From IMG/VR virus record IMGVR_UViG_3300031707_002715, positions 62,452 to 126,451 of that record: a stretch of DNA of 64,000 nt. One strand, written 5' to 3'. This DNA comes from a virus. The translations under genes and the position numbers were made by a program. Below are positions 30,355-38,417 of this stretch, one piece after another (the stretch's first letter is position 1; each line of letters begins with the position of its first letter). The notes under the pieces are model-generated. The model saw only the letters and a program-made list of their open reading frames with translations. It was not told where the DNA came from and did not search any database.

Positions 30355-31788
30355 CTATTCAGGGCTACTTTGACCTGTAATTTCAGCCATTATCTCGTCG
30401 TGCGGATTGTAATCGACATCATATTCTACTTTCATTACATCAAATTTTCGTTTCAGGAATAATGTAGGACCCCGACCGTCTCGATACTTGACGATCGACA
30501 TTTTTAGCCACTGTGCTTCATCTGAAAATATACCCAACATAATATCTGAATTTTGACCTAACCTATCAGAGCTCGCTGAATCCATAGCATCCATGTCTCT
30601 ACCTTGTAAATGTCTCTTGTGACCTTCCCTGTTAATTTGGTTCGCATTTATCACTGGCACGTCCAACTTTCTTCCCAATAATTTCAAATCCCAAGAGATA
30701 GCACCGACTGGATCATCGTCTTCTTTATTAGGCTTCATCAAATAAATAGGATCGACGATCACTAATTGAATTTTTTTACCACTTGATTTCTCAAAATTAT
30801 TAATTCTAGATTCAATAAAACTCGCCTTACACATTGACGGTGCATCTAAAATTAAAAAAACATTTTCGCGCTTATCTCTTTCTTCCTTAATCTTTTGCTC
30901 AATATAAATCAATTCTTCGTCTGTCAATAAATCTGCATTTTTCATTTTAAAATAAGGTATACCGGTCATCCTCGAGTATAACCGCCTTTTTTGTTGCAAT
31001 ATCGGCATCTCGATTGTCACGTACATTACATTAGATCCAGTTTCCCAAGCCGCATATGCGAAATTCAATAACACGATAGACTTACCTTGTCCGGTCCTGC
31101 CCATGACTGTTATCAAATCGCCGCCCGTCCAGCCGCTAGTCGCTAACGTCAATGGCTCGATACCAGTGTCAATGCCTTTATACTTTTCTGGATTATTGTG
31201 CCTGTCTTTTATTAACGCAATATCTTCATCTATATTCTGGAATGCGTCTTCTTCAATTATCCTCTCACGAGTATTTTGATCATTTAATTGTTCTAATGTT
31301 ACTTCTAACTTTCTTATTAATGGCGCAGCACTTACGTCTCTGGAGCCTTCTTTAATAGATCGAAGTTCGTTTAATATGCCTTGTGTGACGTCAAATATTT
31401 TTCTAATGTTAGATAAATTCTTTACGTCATCGATAATCGGTTCCAATTCTTGCTGCTCAAATTTCCTATTTAATATCTTTTCGAATAATGCTTTTGCATC
31501 AGCTATCGATTGCTCTTTTTTGTACTTCTTAACGATTTTTTGATTGACGAGATCAGTGGTTAAAGCTGAAGAATACGAATGATAATGTATCACTATTGCA
31601 GAGAATAACCAACCCCTAAAATCAGTCGTAAAACAATCAGGAGAAATATTACTGTTTATAGCTTTTTCAATGTTACGATTAGCAGCTTGTTGATCGATCA
31701 CATCGTGATTAATCAGACTTTTAAGTAATTTATTTTCGCCAGCTATAGATGTAAATATCTTCTCAGACACGGTGACCCTTTTTCCCAT
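30355..31788 (-). CDS. dnaB: DnaB-like replicative helicase
   Basis: GRTGQGKS, YVTIEMP, IVDPIYLM, NANQINR, QNSD, KYRDG. Confidence 0.9.
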   Translation of the reverse strand: MGKRVTVSEKIFTSIAGENKLLKSLINHDVIDQQAANRNIEKAINSNISPDCFTTDFRGWLFSAIVIHYHSYSSALTTDLVNQKIVKKYKKEQSIADAKALFEKILNRKFEQQELEPIIDDVKNLSNIRKIFDVTQGILNELRSIKEGSRDVSAAPLIRKLEVTLEQLNDQNTRERIIEEDAFQNIDEDIALIKDRHNNPEKYKGIDTGIEPLTLATSGWTGGDLITVMGRTGQGKSIVLLNFAYAAWETGSNVMYVTIEMPILQQKRRLYSRMTGIPYFKMKNADLLTDEELIYIEQKIKEERDKRENVFLILDAPSMCKASFIESRINNFEKSSGKKIQLVIVDPIYLMKPNKEDDDPVGAISWDLKLLGRKLDVPVINANQINREGHKRHLQGRDMDAMDSASSDRLGQNSDIMLGIFSDEAQWLKMSIVKYRDGRGPTLFLKRKFDVMKVEYDVDYNPHDEIMAEITGQSSPE

Positions 31789-32506
31789 TCATAGGTCGCT
31801 TCAACTGTTCAAGTAAGACTTTCGACTTTTCCTCTCGAATGTCAGAACCGACTATCCTAAGTTCAATCAAACTCGATTTCAATAACGTCACTAATGAGTC
31901 GTTAAAAATTGTCGATGATGCTGTAATGTCGTGCATAGATGTCAATATAGTACATTTCTTTTGATTGCAGCGCGTCACAAATAATTTATCTAAAAATTGT
32001 GTTGATTGATTAGTCTGTATATGATAATCGCGACCAATGTCATCAACTACTAAAAAATCAACACTTGTCATGATGTATTGATATTTTAATTTTAGATTGT
32101 ATTCTTTCCAACCTGACGTTATGAAGTCAACTAAATCAGTCATCGATATAAAATAAACAGTAAATTTTTGTTCGATCGCTTTCTTTAATACGACGACGGC
32201 AGCCGTTGTCTTTGCTAAACCATGAGTACCCGATAAAAATAGCCCTGTACCATTATCTTTTGCTTTTTCAAGATTTTCAAAATACAACGTAAAATTTTGA
32301 ATAGACTCATCATTTGCGACATCGTTACTCCAAGTGTCAACTACATCATTAAAAGTATAAGAATAATAATTAGCAGGAATATTAGCTAGGAGCATGTGCC
32401 GCTTGAGTTCATTATTTTCTTCTTTTAAGACGTGCCTGGTGCCGTCAAACTCCGTCATCTCGTACATGCGAAAATAATGATCGAGGAATTTTCTGTGTTG
32501 ATTCAT
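31763..32506 (-). CDS. DnaC/IstB-like helicase loader ATPase
   Basis: GLFLSGTHGLAKT, FLVVDDIG, TILTS, GSDIR; adjacent to dnaB. Confidence 0.85.
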   Translation of the reverse strand: MNQHRKFLDHYFRMYEMTEFDGTRHVLKEENNELKRHMLLANIPANYYSYTFNDVVDTWSNDVANDESIQNFTLYFENLEKAKDNGTGLFLSGTHGLAKTTAAVVVLKKAIEQKFTVYFISMTDLVDFITSGWKEYNLKLKYQYIMTSVDFLVVDDIGRDYHIQTNQSTQFLDKLFVTRCNQKKCTILTSMHDITASSTIFNDSLVTLLKSSLIELRIVGSDIREEKSKVLLEQLKRPMNGKKGHRV

Positions 32507-32524
32507 AATGCATAATATACTTTT

Positions 32525-33439
32525 TTATTCGTTAGATTTCAACCAATTGTATCCATCGTAAATTTTATTTTCTCGCTGTTCGTCTCGTAACATTTTACAG
32601 CCTAATTTCCACAATCTGCGTAATTCATCAACATTATTATTAAGAAATTTTGCATAAACAGCATTACCGATTATGTTGCCGATCGCAAGTTTTATTGCGA
32701 ACTGTTTTTCGCCAGATTGTTTTTGTTTTTCAGTGTCTCTTGTGACCTGTTCTTCATCAATATGGGGTTTATTTTTAGTTTCCACCGATATGCCTTCAGC
32801 CATCCTGACGACATATCTAAATCCTCGTAGTCCGGCTATCTTAAGGTTATTATTATATTTGTAACAAACTTCTTTTAAAGTAATTTTATCGAAATTTGAG
32901 AGGTCCAATAAAAATTGAGCTATCGTACCAAGAGTAAAACGTTTATCTCGTTCTCGACAATGTTTTTGTATCAATTTAATCGTTTTAAGTAGCGAGTCGA
33001 CTAATATATTATCAGGTTCAGAAATCACTAATTGAATCTTTTGCTTAATCACTTCGTCAGATATCTCTCTTTGCTCTTCTTGCTGTTGTTCATTAGCAAA
33101 AACTGTCACTCTAATATTCCTAAGCTGATCATTTTCTGAAAATTCAGCATTATCTTGTCTAATTTTTCGACCGTTTAATACATACGTTATTGAATCTTGC
33201 CGTTCTTTCTTAGTTATTAAATCACTGTCAACCAATTCTTTCCAAATGCTATGTGCATAAGCGATATTAATGCCTACAGATTTTCTCAGTGCTCTAGCGC
33301 TTCTAATATGCATATCATTATCATTAGTGCGAGCAAGATAAATCATTTTAAGAAGCACTTTAAACGCATCGCTACTTAATTCATCAATGTACTTTTCAAA
33401 AACAACTTTTTCGACTTCAAAGTAAGAGTTCATGATCAA
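32525..33439 (-). CDS. Putative replication initiator (N-terminal winged helix)
   Basis: LSSDAFKVLL...WKELVDSDLI wHTH-like segment; upstream of loader and helicase. Confidence 0.55.
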   Translation of the reverse strand: MIMNSYFEVEKVVFEKYIDELSSDAFKVLLKMIYLARTNDNDMHIRSARALRKSVGINIAYAHSIWKELVDSDLITKKERQDSITYVLNGRKIRQDNAEFSENDQLRNIRVTVFANEQQQEEQREISDEVIKQKIQLVISEPDNILVDSLLKTIKLIQKHCRERDKRFTLGTIAQFLLDLSNFDKITLKEVCYKYNNNLKIAGLRGFRYVVRMAEGISVETKNKPHIDEEQVTRDTEKQKQSGEKQFAIKLAIGNIIGNAVYAKFLNNNVDELRRLWKLGCKMLRDEQRENKIYDGYNWLKSNE

Positions 33440-33471
33440 TTTTTAACAAAATTTTTCGTCAACTTTACAAT

Positions 33472-33503
33472 AAAAAGGCACTCAATTTCTTGAGCGCCTC
33501 TTT
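33472..33503. terminator. Rho-independent terminator
   Basis: AGGCACTCAA/TTGAGCGCCT hairpin with A-tract. Confidence 0.6.
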
Positions 33504-33526
33504 AATTTATAAAAAATAGCAATTTT

Positions 33527-34036
33527 TTATATCTTAGAATCTTCAGGCTTCTTTAACACTTTTTGCAAGTTTTCAATAGCACCGTCATGATGTCCGCCCA
33601 CATGCCAGTTCCATTCACCTTCTGCTGTTTTAGAACCATTATAAATAGTTACAATCGCTGAACCTATGGCCAAAACCCATTCATCACCATGTTTTTTAGT
33701 TCTAAAATTCGGCATTCCAAATAGTTTTATTAAATCTCTCTTTGAAGCTGAAATTTCGCCTTTATATGACGTATCCATCGCTGCATCGGGACGTATTCTT
33801 CTAACTCTAACATCATTAATCATCTTTATAGGATATATAGGTCGTAACGAAGTGTGAGGATGTGAAGAAATATATCGTTTCTGATCTGCTACAGATAACT
33901 GTCTCCACCAATCAGGGATCGTAGCATGTTTTACAAATTCTTTTTGTATTGTTGCTACATGTTTCATAATGCGTATATTCCTTGCCATGTCTTTATGTTT
34001 ATAGTCTGCAACTTTTAAGTGTTCTTTATCCAACAA
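33527..34036 (-). CDS. Leader-family protein (motif starts at ATG 33967)
   Basis: MKHVATIQKEFVKHA + WWRQLSVADQKRYISSHP; C-terminal LFG.P...EWVL...TIYN...WHVGG domain. Confidence 0.75.
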   Translation of the reverse strand: MLDKEHLKVADYKHKDMARNIRIMKHVATIQKEFVKHATIPDWWRQLSVADQKRYISSHPHTSLRPIYPIKMINDVRVRRIRPDAAMDTSYKGEISASKRDLIKLFGMPNFRTKKHGDEWVLAIGSAIVTIYNGSKTAEGEWNWHVGGHHDGAIENLQKVLKKPEDSKI

Positions 34037-34673
34037 TTATACTCTCAGGCTCATTCTTTGTACGTTCCTGTAATTTATATGTGATGCCCCTTTTATCTAA
34101 TTCATCCATAAATTTCTGCTTATCAGCATCAGGTGATATCACTAACGACGGTTTACCCTCAATATAATGTTTAGCTGTCGTCATGTAATAACCCGGAAAA
34201 TATTGCCAAGCTATGCCTCTTTCAGTCCCGTGCGCTATCGGCGACTCCGACATCTCTTGTATATCTAAATCTTTCAAAATATTCTTGACATCATCAGCTG
34301 ACACTGTAGCTAACATACCTTGGTCTTTTAACTCCTGCCGTACCTTTTGATCTCTTTGCGTTGTGCGTTCCTTGATAATCTCATTGACAGCTTGTAATTG
34401 TTTCTCAACCCAATCTCGTTGGTGTAGTGGTTGCCGTCTCCTATAACTAGCAAGACCGAGTTTCAAGCCAGTTATCGTCAATCGACTACGTTTTAATTCA
34501 AGCTCGCGATCATCTAATTGATTAAATTTTCTTTTCAAATCTTCGACTGTAGCAGTCAATTGTTTCCTACTTGCGGGATGTTCTTTCAAATACTGCTCTT
34601 GCTGTTCTCGAGACAATGTGTCCCAAAAAGCCAATTTTATAAACTCAGTTTGAATTCTTGCTAAATGTTTCAT
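34026..34673 (-). CDS. Leader-family protein
   Basis: MKHLARIQTEFIKLA + WDTLSREQQEQYLKEHP. Confidence 0.8.
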   Translation of the reverse strand: MKHLARIQTEFIKLAFWDTLSREQQEQYLKEHPASRKQLTATVEDLKRKFNQLDDRELELKRSRLTITGLKLGLASYRRRQPLHQRDWVEKQLQAVNEIIKERTTQRDQKVRQELKDQGMLATVSADDVKNILKDLDIQEMSESPIAHGTERGIAWQYFPGYYMTTAKHYIEGKPSLVISPDADKQKFMDELDKRGITYKLQERTKNEPESIIVG

Positions 34674-34724
34674 AAAATACTTGCTTTCTTTTGAAGAACT
34701 TAAACCTTAGATTTGCTAAACATT

Positions 34725-35096
34725 TCATAGACCCTCTAATTGATCAATAGTAACTTCTCTAAGACCATCATCATACTTACCAAGAGCATGGTCAAACTTA
34801 CTATCACGGTACTTCTTGTCTACTCTCACCATGACTAATTCATCACCTTTTTCGATAGTCTCGACTTTACCAAATTCTTCCGGCCATCCTTCACGTTTAT
34901 TCGGTTTCAAGCGGACCCGTTGACCTTCTACAATTGCTTTAGTAGTCTTTTTCTTACCAGACTTGGGTTTCGCAGTGATACGTCTTTTTGACTTTGGATG
35001 TCGCTTGAGGTAAGCTTTTTGATCCTCAATCGATAACTTGTCCCACTTGCGAGCTTCTTTAAGAAACTCTACCTGGATTTTTGCTACATACTTCAT
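34725..35096 (-). CDS. Leader-family protein with SH3/KOW-like C-terminal domain
   Basis: MKYVAKIQVEFLKEA + WDKLSIEDQKAYLKRHP; GQRVRL...FGKVETI. Confidence 0.8.
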   Translation of the reverse strand: MKYVAKIQVEFLKEARKWDKLSIEDQKAYLKRHPKSKRRITAKPKSGKKKTTKAIVEGQRVRLKPNKREGWPEEFGKVETIEKGDELVMVRVDKKYRDSKFDHALGKYDDGLREVTIDQLEGL

Positions 35097-35136
35097 AATT
35101 AGTTTTCTTTCTAATTATCAAATCTTCTTGTCATTA

Positions 35137-37344
35137 TTAGTCGTGATCATATTGCTCAATATATAACGGTGAGATGCCCAATGCATCTTCGGTCCTTTTA
35201 TCAGCTCTATTTGAATACTGCGTTTTATTCATACTTACATGATATCCAATGCCCATACCGTGCGGTGCAAACGTGTGTGATCTTCCCATTCTTAGATCTT
35301 TCTTAATCTGTTCAATACCTTCAGGCGTCACCTTCCAAACGCCACCCGCGACAGGGACGTCTAACGATCGACCTATTTTATCTTGTTTTTGTTTAACTTT
35401 TTCTGCCGTGTCTTTTATGACTTCAGCAAATGGTCTATCATCGTTCCAATCCACACTCAAACCGACATCAGTCCCGCGAGCACCTAAACTATAAATACCA
35501 CCTTTACCCGGCACCCTATAATAAATTTCTCCACCATATTTCCCATATTCACCCGGCTTACCGAGCGACAAAATCATTTCCATAGTATCATCGTCATCAC
35601 TGACTACAAAGTGATCTGCCCATTGTTCACCTATTGTAGCTCTATCTTTAAATTTAAACCCTTCAGGCAATTTCAAATCTTCTTTCGATTTCTCATAACC
35701 ATGCTGGTCCATCAACTTATTAATCAGTTCTACTTTCGGTACGGTTTTTTCTAATACACTTTTAATTTTGTCTTCATATTTTAAGAAACTTTCTACTTCT
35801 TCTTGCTGATAACCGATTAAAATATCTTTATTCGACTTAACATCTTTTACAAACGCATCAAAATCAGCTACCGCTTTCTTAAGATTGTCTACTGATAATC
35901 CTGACGGACCACCTAATGCATTAGCTATATTTTTATGTTGTTCTGGCGTCAAATTAAATTTACGACCTTTTTTATAAAGATATTTACTCGACTTACCTTG
36001 CGCGTCAATTCTTTGACCATATACATCTTCTCTCGGAAACTTCTCAAAAGCTTGAGCCAAGTACATGCAAGTCTGGGGCGATATCCGGAGTAAATCTGTT
36101 GCTGCCGCTGAATCAGCAATGTCTCCCATAGAATCACTATAACTCTTGTGTATATTATCAGCTACTCTCTTGATTTCTGCTCTTAATTTTGCTTTCTTCT
36201 CGAGTTCAGGTGCTTTCTTAATATAATCTTTAGCATCTACAACTGAATCAAACGTTGCAAATTCTAATCCACCGACGCCCATATTTGTGCCGCGAGGTGC
36301 CGAAAATCTTGTGGATGTTGGAACATCATACCTAATCATTTGACCAAAATTTGGATGATTAAATTCATTTTTAATAATCGGTCTATCACCGCTTGCATCT
36401 TCGATCGACCGTTTTTCATGCATTTCGCGTCTTGAATGTGGAATTAAATATTTTGCAAATTGTTTTTGATCGCCGGGTAACTCATTTTCAATTCTCTTGA
36501 GTTCGATTATTTCATTTGAAAGCAACGGTTCTGGTAATTTGTATTTTTCCATTATTTCTCTATTCGGGTCTTCTTCACCTTCGACTTTTGGTAATTTACC
36601 ATCATTACTTATTAATACATCTTTTGCTATTTGAATAAATTCGTCTTTTGAAAGAGGTTTACGTCTTGTGGATTTAAACCGTCTTGTCCTTGCTACTAAT
36701 CCTGCATGACGTTCAATCTCATGAATAAGATCTATAGCGTCGTGATGGCTTTCACCTGGAAATTCTTTTTGCCAAATTTTATTTAATTTTTTAGCATCTG
36801 TAGATTCTTCTTTATATTTATCTTTTCCGGCTGACGAATAAACATCAAAAAGATTACCGAGCTTACTATCTAATTTCGGAGTGTTAGACTCGACTTGTTT
36901 TGTTTCGTGAAGTTTTACGTCTGTATCCCCCCCTCGCAAGTCGTCAACGCTCTCATTACTCCTTAATTTCATATACTGATCCCAGTGATAATTTTGCATA
37001 TTATCGTGATGATTAGTTTTGTTAAGAATATCTTCTCTATCAGGAGCAGCATCATCGTATTTACTATGATAATGTCCGTATAATTGATGATGTATCTTGT
37101 AAGCATCGTGATGTGCGTCAGATGTTTTTAATTTATTTGCTCTTGTAGTAGCTTCTTGAGCTTCTTTATCCTCTTTTACATTCTCATCCAGATCTCTTTT
37201 TACTGCGCCTTTAGGCCTGGCTGTTAATCTTCTTTTTGTTCTTGGATGTCTCGAGAGATAGCCCTTCTGTTCTTCATAAGAGAGATCGTCCCACTTACGA
37301 GCTTCTTTCAAAAATTCTGTCTGAATCACTGCTAAATATCTCAT
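35137..37344 (-). CDS. Large multidomain leader-family protein
   Basis: MRYLAVIQTEFLKEA + WDDLSYEEQKGYLSRHP; highly charged mosaic body. Confidence 0.8.
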   Translation of the reverse strand: MRYLAVIQTEFLKEARKWDDLSYEEQKGYLSRHPRTKRRLTARPKGAVKRDLDENVKEDKEAQEATTRANKLKTSDAHHDAYKIHHQLYGHYHSKYDDAAPDREDILNKTNHHDNMQNYHWDQYMKLRSNESVDDLRGGDTDVKLHETKQVESNTPKLDSKLGNLFDVYSSAGKDKYKEESTDAKKLNKIWQKEFPGESHHDAIDLIHEIERHAGLVARTRRFKSTRRKPLSKDEFIQIAKDVLISNDGKLPKVEGEEDPNREIMEKYKLPEPLLSNEIIELKRIENELPGDQKQFAKYLIPHSRREMHEKRSIEDASGDRPIIKNEFNHPNFGQMIRYDVPTSTRFSAPRGTNMGVGGLEFATFDSVVDAKDYIKKAPELEKKAKLRAEIKRVADNIHKSYSDSMGDIADSAAATDLLRISPQTCMYLAQAFEKFPREDVYGQRIDAQGKSSKYLYKKGRKFNLTPEQHKNIANALGGPSGLSVDNLKKAVADFDAFVKDVKSNKDILIGYQQEEVESFLKYEDKIKSVLEKTVPKVELINKLMDQHGYEKSKEDLKLPEGFKFKDRATIGEQWADHFVVSDDDDTMEMILSLGKPGEYGKYGGEIYYRVPGKGGIYSLGARGTDVGLSVDWNDDRPFAEVIKDTAEKVKQKQDKIGRSLDVPVAGGVWKVTPEGIEQIKKDLRMGRSHTFAPHGMGIGYHVSMNKTQYSNRADKRTEDALGISPLYIEQYDHD

Positions 37345-37822
37345 AAAACCCTCTTTGTAATTATTTCATTCACTCTTGCAAAATGCATCTTGCATACCGT
37401 TTCGTTCTTCTTAATAGCTGCGAGAGTGATCATTATCTACCGTATTGTTTGTGTGGCCACTTAATACACCTATGATTATCGAGACAATTTGCATGCTTCG
37501 CAAAATAATATTCTGAGCACCACTGACTGTCATAATTTAATCTTCTGCGTTTGTGTAGCCACCAATGCAAGCACCATTTGAAACGACATGCTTTGTGTTT
37601 ATTACATCGATACACTAATCGCACCTATACAGTTTCAGTTTCGGCTTGTGTTTGTTATGCGTTTGTATAACGTTTTGACCATTAACAAGAGATTTGGCTA
37701 ATTTTTGCTAGATTTTTATCTGACATATTCATATATCTTACAGACTGAATCGCTGCTAAATATCTTATAAAACCCTCTTTGTAATTAGTTCGTCATTCAC
37801 TCTTGCAAAATGCATCTTGCAT
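37321..37822. repeat. ~75-bp imperfect direct repeat (37321-37395, 37745-37822) flanking a ~350-bp insert
   Basis: Both copies carry the end of one gene (MQDAFCKSE*), the RBS and the first leader codons. Confidence 0.85.
37433..37624 (-). CDS. Small Cys/His/Trp-rich ORF inside the duplicated interval
   Basis: GTG start; C..H..C...C.H pattern. Confidence 0.4.
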   Translation of the reverse strand: MRLVYRCNKHKACRFKWCLHWWLHKRRRLNYDSQWCSEYYFAKHANCLDNHRCIKWPHKQYGR

Positions 37823-38353
37823 TTTTCTATAAAATTCACCCGTCGATGCTAGTGTTCCACCGTGATCTGGATGACTCCAAACTGTCACATTTTTAAAAGC
37901 ATCGCGAGTGTAATCGTCAATCCTTTCTTTAATTTTTGCTTGATTTTTATCTGGCATATCGTCCATCATATGTCTTGCAGAACTTGACGTCAACCAATAA
38001 GCAATTCCATTATTGCCCAATCCTTTTTCTCGCAACGACTCCTCAACCATCTTATCTATCTCTGGAGTCCTATTCGATGTTCCATAATATCCGCTCGGTG
38101 TCGATGCCCTAATATATTCTAAATAATGTTGTGTCTGTGCAATTTCGTCCGATAATCCACCTTTATATTTCTTCCTGTTGATAATTGCCATTGCTAAATC
38201 TTGTGGAGGCTTTGTCGTAGGACGAAGTTTTGTGCCAGGATGAGATTTCATATAATAGTATTGCTCTTCGTACGACAACTTCGACCACCAATGAGGTTCG
38301 ATCTCTTTAGCGTATTTAGTAAACTCTCTTTGAACTATTGATAAGCGACGCAT
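37793..38353 (-). CDS. Leader-family protein
   Basis: MRRLSIVQREFTKYA + WWSKLSYEEQYYYMKSHP. Confidence 0.8.
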   Translation of the reverse strand: MRRLSIVQREFTKYAKEIEPHWWSKLSYEEQYYYMKSHPGTKLRPTTKPPQDLAMAIINRKKYKGGLSDEIAQTQHYLEYIRASTPSGYYGTSNRTPEIDKMVEESLREKGLGNNGIAYWLTSSSARHMMDDMPDKNQAKIKERIDDYTRDAFKNVTVWSHPDHGGTLASTGEFYRKMQDAFCKSE

Positions 38354-38417
38354 AATTTATCCTTTCAATTAGTAGATCAAAGACACAGTAATTAGAATTA
38401 GTTTGCTTATTAAATAA

